From: Aplysia californica
Taxonomy: Eukaryota
Length of the DNA: 64,000 nt
Reading direction: 5' to 3'
Assembly (NCBI RefSeq): GCF_000002075.1
Contig: NW_004797451.1
Coordinates: forward strand, 388,853-452,852
Both the position numbers and the translations under genes were made by a program. Under the pieces are notes generated by a model. That model searched no databases, was not told the DNA's origin, and saw only the letters and a program-made list of their open reading frames with translations. Positions 50,601-60,057 of the stretch are shown one piece after another (the first letter of the stretch is position 1; every line of letters starts with the position of its first letter).

Positions 50601-53245
50601 TTATTCATCTGCATTCTTCGGACTGCTGCCACAGCTTTCATGTTTTCTCAACTAATTGTTTCCATTTTTTGTAAAATCAGCTAAATTAGAATACAAATTT
50701 ACTTCATATGTGAAATTTGCACTGTCATAGTCTTTTATTGACATTTTTACCAATTTGACAGTTGATTGTTTTTACATGATCGAGTTTTAGTTCAATGAAC
50801 ATTGGGCTTTGTTGAGCTTTTTTTTTTGACTGAGTCCACCGTCTGATTTCTATGACTATTTGTCCTGGAACGTTGCAACTCAGATGTTCCATGGGCTGAT
50901 GGTGATAATACTGAATACATTTTTTCGCTCATCTGAACAAATTTCCGGGTTTTTTCCCATCTTTTTATTTTTTCCCATGAATTTTTTTTTTCTCTTTTTT
51001 TTGATCCATGCACCTGTATTTTACAACGTTATCCCACCATACAAGGCATGTGAGGTTTCCAGGGGTTCTGGTTTGTGCACACAGTGGTTTTGGCATGTTG
51101 TTTTAGTTGATGTTGAGAGCAGGTCTATATCTGTCTGTGGTGAGTGTCCAGGCTGACTACACTGATAGAAGGACATCGTCTCATTAGGGGATCTTGTAAG
51201 GCTGCTTTTCTGTTGTCTTCTCTCTTTTATCCAAAGCAGCCATTATCTCTNNNNNNNNNNNNNNNNNNNNNNNNNNNNNNNNNNNNNNNNNNNNNNNNNN
51301 NNNNNNNNNNNNNNNNNNNNNNNNNNNNNNNNNNNNNNNNNNNNNNNNNNNNNNNNNNNNNNNNNNNNNNNNNNNNNNNNNNNNNNNNNNNNNNNNNNNN
51401 NNNNNNNNNNNNNNNNNNNNNNNNNNNNNNNNNNNNNNNNNNNNNNNNNNNGGGGCATCTTGTATGGTGTGTCCCAGGTGTCTCAAATCTCAAATTTGTC
51501 AGAGATTTTGTCGCAACTGCTATTGACTCTATTCTTTGCTTGGGGAACAGTTTAAAACTCAGGAAAACTTGGCAGCTTCTTCTCTGACTGAATGATAATA
51601 TGCGACTTCAGTACTTTTCACTTCCTATCCCTTTGGTGGCACTGTGATCAAACAAATCATTTGATAATATATACCTCACCCCGCTCCCCTCCTCTCCCCG
51701 CCCCCCCTCCCCTTCCTGGTATGGTCTGTCTCGTTTCAACATGTGGATAAAGCCCATCCTGGGTGTGCAGCTAGCTTGAGACATGTGATAGAGAGGACAA
51801 GAGTGAAAAACTTTTATGCACGTTCTCCTTTGCTGCTGTTCATTTTGAAGTAATAAATGCACAGAAATAAGTGGTGAATACAAATTCTGTAAAGTGTTTG
51901 AAACTTTAATTTTTTTTACGGTAGGATAAAGCTCAAAACAAAACAAAAGGTAGGATATTTTTCAAAAGGACAATTTTCCAACTTGTTTCATCATCTCATT
52001 ACTAAATGTATTGCTTTGCCCAACTGTGCCGCAGATAGTCTAATAGCTAGACTAACGGACTTATATAATCCTGATATTGAGGGGTAGGGGTTTCAAGATT
52101 GAGCTTGATGAGATGTGTCCTTGGGAATTTTCTTATTTGGCTCAAATTACCTAGGAGATGAACATTAAATGCAGAGGTCCTGTATCTTAAATAACCTTAC
52201 CCTGTTGCAAGAGGCTTTATACCTGTACAATCTGGCAATTGTATTGATTGCCCACTACTGAGCTTGCAGCTTATCCAGTTTAGTGGAATTTTTGTTTCAA
52301 ACATCATTCTCTACTTAAATGTATTGACAGGAGAAGTTGATAATTAATCAATGTGAAGAAAGAAATGGTGTGTTTAATGGTACTTTTTAAGTTATAGCTT
52401 TTTATTTGTCATTTGTTTGTGTGTTGCTGATTGTTTTTTGTGGTACATTTTCGGAAGTTTACAATGTTTAGTTTTCAATCTGAGAAATTGACACGAATTC
52501 TCTAGATCTTCATGAAATGAAAGAACTATTTCTCTCGTGCATATGTAGCATAAGGTTTAGGCTTTTTTGGGGGTGTTTTTTTTGTTTCTTGGTTTTCAAC
52601 TTGTTCAGCTCTTTGAGGAGAAGTCCACAGACTGACCTGTGTGACATCACTGGTTGCAAACTTGACCAGCTGGTGGAAGATCAGGTTCTGATTTAATATC
52701 TCATTCTTCCTTTCAACTCTACTTTATGATTGGGACAAAATTTTAATGTCCTGCTTTTGAAATGGTGAACATTGCTTCTAGAAGGACTATGAACTAACTT
52801 TAACAGAAATAATTAGACCCTTTTTTGCATTATTTGAAGAATTCTATGAATTTCTTGAAATAGGGCTCATTCCAGACTTTGGCCTTCTTGTAATATAGTC
52901 AATGGGTGTGTTCAAACGAGCGGCTGTTGTGTTGATGTGTTTCTCTTTATTTCTACAAAGCAGCAGAAAACTTTCAAAGTGTCAACTCATTATCCCAGTG
53001 CGAGACGAGATTCTCTACTTTCTCAACTACTCTTTGTATGTCCAGTAGTCTGTTGAGCTCATTCCGAATGGAAACTTGTCTGTTTCAGTTCAAGCACCAG
53101 CCTCTGTCTGTGAACAGTGGAGACGTCCTGGGCGGGGAGGAAGTGGTGCACAACTTGGAGAGTAACGGACTACACCAACAGGAGGAGAGTGGCGGGGAAG
53201 ATGAGGTGAGTGGGGGGGGGGGTGGGGGGGAGGGATTTATAGAAA

Positions 53246-53290
<45 letters not shown>

Positions 53291-55888
53291 AGGGAGAGGG
53301 AGAGAGAGAGAGAATTGTGCCCAAGTAATGGACTGTTGATAACATGGAGAATCTGAAATATAGTTGGATTGGAGAGAGTAGGGAAATGGGAAAAGCTCCT
53401 CAGTGTTCTTCTAGTAAGATTTCTTTCTCTCCTTCCATGAGTAGGCTTTGGGATTTAACAAATATTCCTGTTTCCCCTCTAAAGAGGGGCACACCTTCTG
53501 TTTATGTTAGGTGCCTGTCACACGCCACAACTTTTCTGAGAAGGAGGGTGACGTATGTTCTTTGCACATACTTTATGATTTGTCCTACTCTCTTTTGGAT
53601 TGTGCTTTTGGCCATGGGTCACCAACGTCTGTGGTATAATTGTTACGCTCTTCGTTGTTGTGTACAAAAGATGTGAGTTTGATTTCCACGAGCGAGTGAG
53701 GAAGTTTTCACTCAAGCACCTCTGTTTGCCTGCCGAATGCTGCATACAGCCCAGCCTGGGTTGGCCCTGACAGACTGTCGAAGTAGGTGCCATTCCGCTG
53801 GACCTGAATTGTGCCAATAGGGGTATAGATCCTTTAAGATTTTTGCAACCACGGGCCAGTGCCTGAAAAAAAAATGCAGCCTCATTATAGTTCTTACTGC
53901 GTGTCTCTCCATGTTCAAGTAAAGTGCTGTAAGTAAAATTATTTACTTGCGTAGTCTTTATTTATTTTTATTTCTTAATTATCGCGTGCAAATGATGCAT
54001 TCTGCTTTGTAAAATAAGGTGAGGATCCCCTGGATTCTTATGAGATTTCTCTTTCCGGACTAGTTGGGTGTTGTTCGTTCTTATGTTTTTGAATTTTTAC
54101 AAGTTTTCTCTGTTTGTCTTAGAATTACCTTATCTAAGAATTTTAACGAGTTCTCTCTCTCCTGTGTGAGAATAAAGTGAAATTATGATATTTTTTAAAA
54201 CAAATTCTCATTCCCTATCTTAGAATAAACTTCTCCACTTGTAAACAACACACAGAAACAATATATTATAATGTATATATCTCATGCATATCTCTGTTCT
54301 GTTCCCCAGCAGCACGACTTCAGCGAGATGTTCATCCACCAGGTGATCCACTCCATCGAGTTCTGCCTGGGCTGTGTCTCCCACACCGCCTCCTACCTCC
54401 GGCTCTGGGCTCTCTCACTGGCTCATGCACGTAGGTTATCATTATCTCATCGTGGTGTTTGAGCTGTCACCTCTTAGTGCTAAAGATATTTTACATTCTC
54501 TCTCCCCCCTCTCCCATCCCCAACCTGCCAGGTTGGTTTGATAAATATGTTTCCCTCCCCACCCCAACGAAAAAAATTGGGGGGCAGGGGGATGGATGGG
54601 ATGGTGGTGTTAAGCCTGTGACTTCCTGTGTTGAAATATGATGGGTGGGTGGGACTCCACCGCTGTCTGTATTTTATCGTTAAAAAGAGCCTAAAATAGT
54701 TACTATTAGTAATGGTCTGTGTGCACTTTCTCTCCTCAGAGCTGTCGGAAGTGCTGTGGCAGATGGTTCTCCGCATCGGCTTCATGCCGGGAGGCTGGGG
54801 CTTCATCGCCCTGTTCATCATCTTCCAGGTGTGGGCCTGCATGACCGTGGTCATCCTGGTGCTGATGGAGGGACTGTCTGCCTTCCTGCACGCCCTCAGG
54901 CTCCACTGGTCAGTACTGTCTTGTCAGGGAGAGTCGTTATGGTGGTAGCATAGATGCCAACCAGAAAAATATGTTTAATATTTTTTGGGAGTCTGAGTAC
55001 GGAAGTCCATTTTTTTGTATAAAAGAGTACAAATTCTGTTTTCTTTATGCTCTTCACTAGCCCCTTATTTTGTGAGGCATTGTGGTGAAATGAGACGCCC
55101 GTCAAAATAAAGAAATCAAAGAAATTGGCATTTTTCTGAGCGTTGGGCAATTTTTTTCTAATTTTCTTTTTTTGGGTCAACACTTTTTATACCTATTTAA
55201 AAACACATTTTTGTTTGGATTTTACTTAAAAACATCGATTAAAGGCACAAAAAAAGTCAATTTTCAGTTTCCGAGGACTCAGGCTATGGAAATTACCTAA
55301 CTTTGGTGGCCATTTTGTCGCCAATTTCACCTCTGAAACCTGGTGGCCTTGACCTCCTTCAATCACAAATATTTAGATTTCTATTCAACATGGATAGATA
55401 TTTCTTCACCAAAAGCAAAGCAAATGAACAGGTTTGAAGATGATAGAAATAAACCTATATGCCCAAAAATTGACGAGCGCCTGCTTCCACCACGTCGCGA
55501 CACATTTACTCCAGTTTATTTTACAATGTTTGTGATCAAGCCATAGGTGTGAAATGTTGGATTATTTTCAAAACGCCTAAAGTTTCTTACTTTACTTAAA
55601 AACTGTATACCTTTGTTTACTGCTTTTAAACAGTAATGCTGTGTTAGAAATAAAGATAACAAAAAAACCCAATGATATTGTAACACCTCTAGTCTTTGGC
55701 ACTCGTATGACCTTATTGTCTTGCTAGTGCCAGGATAATACTCTTACTAAAGCTAATTAAACTCAAACACACACCAAAAAAACTTGTGTTTCAGGATTGA
55801 GTTCCAGTCCAAGTTCTACGACGGTCTGGGTCACAAGTTTTCTCCTTTCTCGTTTGGTCACATTCTGGATACAGGCGTTGAGGAGTAA
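21793..55888 (+). CDS. ATP6V0A1: V-type proton ATPase V0 subunit a (116 kDa subunit), spliced gene; 20 canonical coding exons visible, one inferred in a gap, plus candidate alternative exons
   Basis: Spliced translation gives family motifs [118 protein letters not shown] (essential Arg) and [23 protein letters not shown]. All junctions are GT-AG with matching phases. The exact paralog (a1 versus other a isoforms) is approximate. Confidence 0.97.
22504..22582 (+). CDS. ATP6V0A1: V-ATPase subunit a coding exon 2 ([26 protein letters not shown])
   Basis: 79 nt; cag| acceptor; C|gtgagt donor (phase 1). Confidence 0.95.
23982..24110 (+). CDS. ATP6V0A1: V-ATPase subunit a coding exon 4 (ATYEKLENE...TQTFFDE)
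   Basis: 129 nt; ccag| and GAG|gtaagt. Confidence 0.95.
24581..25458. mobile_element. Tc1/mariner (pogo/Tigger-type) MITE
   Basis: TIR CAGTCGAACCTGTCTTAACGGAATC / GATTCCGTCTTACACTGGTTCAACT; internal ctgtctaagaYggaa repeats. Confidence 0.7.
27151..27165 (+). CDS. ATP6V0A1: Candidate 15-nt alternative microexon (LFLKG)
   Basis: ctaac branch-like site at 27115-27119, pyrimidine tract, ctgcag|CTATTTTTGAAGGGA|gtgagt; frame-preserving in a phase-0 intron. Confidence 0.45.
27466..27773. mobile_element. piggyBac-like MITE remnant
   Basis: ttga|CCATTTGAGCC ... GGCTTAAAAGG|ttaa. Confidence 0.45.
29550..29665 (-). mobile_element. SINE family A 5' fragment
   Basis: gaacctgggaccttttgaatgagagg...agagcccc matches the family A head. 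Confidence 0.65.
30207..30313. repeat. 36-bp tandem repeat x3
   Basis: ccacaaattagctgtttaaaaagatgagccttcagg at 30207, 30243 and 30279. Confidence 0.9.
30385..31020. repeat. ~25-bp minisatellite with a 91-bp higher-order unit
   Basis: tagagcagtacacattggtgtgtc units; ctgatgtttccttggg recurs at 30483 and 30574. Confidence 0.9.
31635..32242 (+). repeat. ~600-bp direct duplicate of 23081-23688
   Basis: Identical 62-aa spurious ORF at 23163 and 31717; differences mainly in the microsatellites. Confidence 0.9.
32510..32616 (+). CDS. ATP6V0A1: V-ATPase subunit a coding exon 5 ([12 protein letters not shown]...QMKLG)
   Basis: 107 nt; tcag| and GG|gtcagt. Confidence 0.92.
32885..33058 (+). mobile_element. 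Dispersed retroposon-tail repeat family B (representative copy; others at ~23811, 28921, 34587(-), 36535, 38592, 42665, 45700, 55678)
   Basis: Shared ggtgctctggtgtggtttg..ttcctatcaaacatctatcgtc..ctcttgtaacacctctaatctt..gtgctgtaaaactcttactaaa sequence; same tail as SINE family A. Confidence 0.8.
33436..33562 (+). CDS. ATP6V0A1: V-ATPase subunit a coding exon 6 ([10 protein letters not shown]...LEDPVT)
   Basis: 127 nt; GT-AG; conserved motif. Confidence 0.95.
33762..33960 (+). mobile_element. tRNA-derived CORE-like SINE
   Basis: A-box TAGCCTAGTGG, B-box GGTTCGAGCC, then tgttgtgtccttaggaaaggcacttt; relative at 41178-41410. Confidence 0.7.
34202..34284 (+). CDS. ATP6V0A1: V-ATPase subunit a coding exon 7 ([28 protein letters not shown])
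   Basis: 83 nt; GG|gtaagt. Confidence 0.95.
35457..35550 (+). CDS. ATP6V0A1: V-ATPase subunit a coding exon 8 ([18 protein letters not shown]...EDLNT)
   Basis: 94 nt; GT-AG. Confidence 0.95.
36611..36823 (+). CDS. ATP6V0A1: V-ATPase subunit a coding exon 9 ([13 protein letters not shown]...ALRRGT)
   Basis: 213 nt; [10 protein letters not shown] and CLIAECWCP motifs. Confidence 0.96.
37358..37508 (+). CDS. ATP6V0A1: V-ATPase subunit a coding exon 10 ([12 protein letters not shown]...YREVNP)
   Basis: 151 nt; PPTYNR and FQNIVDAFG motifs. Confidence 0.96.
37805..38032 (+). mobile_element. SINE family D copy (5'-truncated)
   Basis: Matches 19705-19927. Confidence 0.8.
38783..38922 (+). CDS. 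ATP6V0A1: V-ATPase subunit a coding exon 11 ([21 protein letters not shown]...IQNE)
   Basis: 140 nt; first transmembrane helices. Confidence 0.96.
39356..39492 (+). CDS. ATP6V0A1: V-ATPase subunit a coding exon 12 ([16 protein letters not shown]...QWNIPT)
   Basis: 137 nt; AC|gtaagt donor is the first of four identical donors. Confidence 0.95.
39475..39995 (+). repeat. 45-bp minisatellite spanning the exon 12 donor site
   Basis: gtggaaYatacccaccacgtaagttcaggggtcaagggtggatgt; GT at 39493, 39538, 39583 and 39628; degenerate units continue to about 39995. Confidence 0.95.
40707..40809 (+). CDS. ATP6V0A1: V-ATPase subunit a coding exon 13 (DPRYNNVSL...PYPMGVDP)
   Basis: 103 nt; PYPxGxDP motif; N-glycosylation sequon NVS in the lumenal loop. 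Confidence 0.93.
41178..41410 (+). mobile_element. tRNA-derived CORE-like SINE
   Basis: gtagtctagtggctaggctactggactcgtaa, ggttcgagattc, ttgtgtcctttggaaaagtactt. Confidence 0.65.
41613..41731 (+). CDS. ATP6V0A1: V-ATPase subunit a coding exon 14 ([24 protein letters not shown]...LNH)
   Basis: 119 nt; NSxKMKMSVI motif. Confidence 0.96.
41945..42472 (+). repeat. 46-bp minisatellite (~11 units) abutting the exon 15 acceptor
   Basis: caagagaaagaaaaaggtaaactaaagccatttgtctcttacaata; caag at 41965, 42011, 42057 and onward. Confidence 0.95.
42473..42624 (+). CDS. ATP6V0A1: V-ATPase subunit a coding exon 15 ([14 protein letters not shown]...APSLLI)
   Basis: 152 nt; GT-AG; FGYL and APSLLI motifs. Confidence 0.95.
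43578..43636 (+). CDS. ATP6V0A1: V-ATPase subunit a coding exon 16 ([19 protein letters not shown])
   Basis: 59 nt; phase consistent; CAG|gtgaga. Confidence 0.92.
43697..43950 (-). mobile_element. SINE family D copy
   Basis: Reverse complement of 19678-19927. Confidence 0.8.
44569..44670 (+). CDS. ATP6V0A1: V-ATPase subunit a coding exon 17 ([23 protein letters not shown]...YGQ)
   Basis: 102 nt; CVPWMxxxKP motif. Confidence 0.95.
47508..47669 (+). CDS. ATP6V0A1: Candidate alternative exon 18a ([25 protein letters not shown]...SNFHE)
   Basis: 162 nt, open, phase 0-0; ttttcag| acceptor and GAG|gtgaca donor; acidic/Ser-rich loop-like peptide. Confidence 0.65.
48680..49712 (+). mobile_element. 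5'-truncated, frameshifted LINE (Rex1/Babar-like) RT fragment
   Basis: [62 protein letters not shown]; ends in a (TCTTA)n tail. Confidence 0.88.
53089..53205 (+). CDS. ATP6V0A1: V-ATPase subunit a exon 18b ([12 protein letters not shown]...ESGGEDE)
   Basis: 117 nt, phase 0-0; tttcag| and GAG|gtgagt; gives a family-typical total length of about 836 aa. Confidence 0.85.
54310..54430 (+). CDS. ATP6V0A1: V-ATPase subunit a coding exon 19 ([11 protein letters not shown]...[17 protein letters not shown])
   Basis: 121 nt (118 with the second AG of cagcag); carries the essential Arg motif. Confidence 0.97.
54740..54908 (+). CDS. ATP6V0A1: V-ATPase subunit a coding exon 20 (LSEVLWQM...[15 protein letters not shown])
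   Basis: 169 nt; GT-AG. Confidence 0.97.
55069..55505. mobile_element. MITE family C, full copy
   Basis: TIR tgtgaggcattgtggtgaaatgagacgcccgtc / gacgagcgcctgcttccaccacgtcgcgacaca. Confidence 0.75.
55795..55888 (+). CDS. ATP6V0A1: V-ATPase subunit a last coding exon ([20 protein letters not shown]...VEE*)
   Basis: EFQxKFYxGxGxxFxPFSF C-terminal motif; TAA at 55886-55888. Confidence 0.96.
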
Positions 55889-56558
55889 CTGCTCTCCCGT
55901 GTAGGAGGAGACGGAAAGAGGACATCGGCAAGATATGAAGACCAGAAGAGAATAATAATATGATGATGCCCTCTGAAAGGAATGAAGGATTAAAAAAAAA
56001 AAATAGTAGCAGAGATGTTGTTGTACCTTCACCCACCCAAACACTGTGTGCTGCTTGTCAGTGGCTGCCTCATTCCAGACTGTAATATTGTTTCTGAATG
56101 TTGTTTAGAAGTGGAGATGTTTTAGCTTCTACATTTATCTTCGTGGTGGATTTTACAAGCATTTTCTTGTGTGTTCATTCAATCAAATTGCCGTTGCTGT
56201 GTCGGAATTTTTTTTTGTTTCTTAAATTTTTCTTTTTTGGGGGAGGGGAGAGGTAGGATTTGAGAAAATTTTGAAGTTTTCGAAATTGAACACATTATTA
56301 ACATTTTATGATGATGTTCGTATGCGCCATCATAATTGAAGACATTTACTCTAGCTTAAGTCAAGCACATTATTGTGATTTGTACATTGGAGATGTACAC
56401 GCACCTTTGCACACACAAACAACACACCTGTCTTCTTCTCACTTTATTGTCGTAAAGTGTTGTAATGTGCAAAATGATTTGACGCATTTTTGTTTTGAAA
56501 CGTGCACACAGGCACACACATACACACACACCCACACATATCCATACACTCCCAAACA

Positions 56559-56589
<31 letters not shown>

Positions 56590-57024
56590 GTGCACTAGTA
56601 CATACACATGCCCCTCTTCATCTCACTTAAGTATTTAATTGTGCAAAATGATTTGATTTTGATGAATTGTTTGATTTTGAATGAAGTTACAAAGTAGTAT
56701 TCGCTGAGTTTTTTTGTGCTCTTTATTGCTTTTATTTGTGGTGTTTTTATTTATTTCATTTCAGTTTTGAGGAAAAAAAAGAAATTGTTTTAGCATATAC
56801 TACACGATATCGTACATGACATAATGGCTCGGAGAAAGATCTGTGTACAGTTCACGTTGTTCATTATTTTGGTTTTGTTTTGTTCTACTCAGTATTTTAG
56901 CGGACACGTTGGAGTAAATTTACGGCTGCTTTGATGAATTCTAATTCCTCCCTCTCCATCTAGTACATTGATGTACATGCCCTGGTGCAGATGTGTTGTG
57001 AGGTGTTCACAGAGCTGTGAAGTG

Positions 57025-57073
<49 letters not shown>

Positions 57074-59985
57074 ATTGGTATGTTGTTTTGGTTTGTTGGG
57101 GTTTTTGTTTTCCTGTTCAAGATTTTACTCTTTCCCCCTCATCCTTTTGTTACTCAGTTTTTTCAGGGAGGGGGGGGGGGGGGGGGGTAACTTGTGCATT
57201 TCTCGATTTGTGAAATGTGCTGACAAAATGAGTTGCTTTTTGGATTCAAGCCTTAAGGAAATAGATACATCATGCTTATAGGTGAAGTTTTTTACAGTTT
57301 AAAAGTTTGAAATAATAAAAGCCATGTTATAGTTAAAGAATATGGCATCAAAACAAAACTTGTAAATTTAACCCTAGTGTCAATTTTTGGCCAATATCTT
57401 CATTTGTGGACTGCAAGAAGTAACTCATTTTGTCAGCACACCTCACATTTCTCCTATCTCTGTCTGGTTTTTCTGAAATTTTTTATTTTCATTTCTCTCA
57501 TCCCTGTCATATGGACTTTTCTCTTTTTGTAAGGTAAAGAAAAGAACCGCAACCACACTTTAATTTTCCATCTTTTCTTTTTCGACTCGTTGAGATAAAG
57601 AAAAATTGAAAATTTACTCTTGAACTTTCAAAATAAAACAAGATACGAGTCAGTGGGAAAGAGTGAGCTACCTGGAAATGGTTTTGAAGCACCTGAAGCT
57701 GTTTGTTCATTTCTTGTCCGTTCAGAGTCCAAATTGGGGGGGTTCTTTAAACTATGGATTTCCCTGTCTAAGTCGAAAGCTGTCAGGAGATTTCATTATA
57801 ATTTTTTTAATTCTGCTTCTTCCATCTCCATCAAGTTTCTGAATTTTTATATTTTCCTCTTCTCACCTTTCTCATATGGGCTCTTTTCTTTTTGAAAGGT
57901 AAAGGAAAGTTCTGTCCCAGCAACTTGTTTTCCGTCTTTTTTAAAAACTCTTTGAGATGACTGTCTGTGGCACCTGTCTGAGACTTCCAGCCTTCTCATA
58001 ACACCCATCATTGCACACTGCAGCTTCGTTTTTGTTAATGTCTATTCTAGAATGTGAATTCGTGTATATGATTGGACATGATACTGACACCACTGTCAAA
58101 AGACAATCTGTGAAGAGATCAAGTGAAATAGTCCTGGATGTATGAGACTGATCACTCTATCGATTTTGTGCAAGTTCGGTGTAAAAGCTTTAACTATGAT
58201 TCAATGGTTAAAGATATTCTTTGCATGCCTTTGGCTTTTGTAGGGAATAAAACAATTAGAATGCAGTTGTTATTTTGGTTGTACCATAAGAGTTTTTCGC
58301 TCAGAAGTGATGTGTAGCTGAAAAGGGAATATCGTTACTGACTTAAGGAAATTGAATAATTATGTTTGACCCCTTTTACAGGGTGAGCAATTAAATAGTA
58401 TGGAGTCAAGAATTTTTCTTGCAATGATGACATGTATAAGTCTGTATAATAGTTCTCTGTGAAAACACATCAAAACGGAAGTGCTGTAATTTGTAGAGTG
58501 TCACTAGACATTTCCACTGTGTGAACTCCATTCTGAAAGTGAAAGAGAAGAGAACATAACTGGAGTCAATACTGTGGGCAAGTTGTTTTTAGGAAAAAGA
58601 ATTGTTGCTGAAGGTGGCTGAGAACATACCTATGATAAGCCAGGTCCATGTGTGGAAGTATGGGATAGTCTCCAGAATTTCCTGAATGTCCAGTGTGGGT
58701 TGTCAAAAACTACTGGTTTGATGGTTTTAAGTTACAATCAATCAAAATGCTCACAATGGAGTTATACTATGTATTGAGTGAATTCCAGGTGTTCGTCTGT
58801 AGCATTTGTATCTCTATCACACGTTTAAGCCATATTGAAACATTTTTCTTGTCCCTGACCTAGGTATGACTGTTTTTTGTTGTTTCTTTTGCATTGCTTA
58901 AACACTTTTATTTTGTTTTTAGTTGTTTTTTTTTGCTTAGAATTTTGTTTCAGCATATCATTGCCAAAGATCTCCACTCTTATTTGGCTTTTGTTTTTAA
59001 ATCTTCTAGAAATTTGATGATTCTGCCAGCCCCTGTAGTGCAGTGGGCTTGGAACATGGTCTGCTGTGCGGACGATGGATTGTAGAGTTTTAGAAGGACT
59101 CAAATTTCCTGTATATCTAGGAATATTTCTTCTTGGCCTGGTGGAAAGAGGAGTCAATGCTCCTGCTTTGGAATGATGCTAAAGAGTTTTAGGTTAGACC
59201 CCCCCCCCCCCCCCCCCCACTTTAATGATTCCCTGCTTGTGTTCAAAAGTAAAGTTGTGTAATTCTCTAAGTTATGGACAGAACTGAGAGAGATTAAGGT
59301 AGAAAAAAAGAGGAAAGAACGACAGGACTGTTGTATTCTTGTCTCTGTTCCAGGTTTTTTTTTGGTGTGTTTTCAAGCATTAATTATTCGAACTTTAGGA
59401 GTAAAGTTTTATCAAATACCCACAGCCATTGTACCACATAATAATGTATGAGTCATGAGCAAATATTGTGTTTGAGCCATTACTGAATCCGTTCCCTGTG
59501 TTGTGTCTATGATTTTCATCACTGATTATGTATCTTGGGTGTCCCATTTAGGGCTTTTCTTTCTTTCTGTCCTTTTTTTTAACTTTCACTTTGAGTTCAT
59601 TTTTGTGGGCTTGCCATGTTTTCTTTCTTTCCTCCTCTCCCGCGCTGCGCTGAGGGAAAAAGGTCATGTTGAGATAATCTGTGGAACTGATATTTTAGAG
59701 GACTTGTGCAATGACTGTATCCAGAGTTTCAGTTATTTTTTTGTCTCTTTTGTTTGTTCACCAATGCACTTCTCGTGATACTGATGGCATAGTTTGCCAG
59801 CTCAGTAGAGACCATGTGCGTGTGTTGATCATAATTAACATTTTTCGTTTTCAGATTTCACCCCGCAGACTGTTACATTTTGAGGTTAACAAAATTCAGC
59901 ATTATGGTTCCACCGTCTTGACATTGCATTGTGGAAATGTAGAACGTTTCTTGTTATGTGTTGTCTTGTAAAATTAGGAAGATGG

Positions 59986-59987
<2 letters not shown>

Positions 59988-60057
<70 letters not shown>
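59988..60057. repeat. (TA)n microsatellite
   Basis: Direct inspection. Confidence 0.95.
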
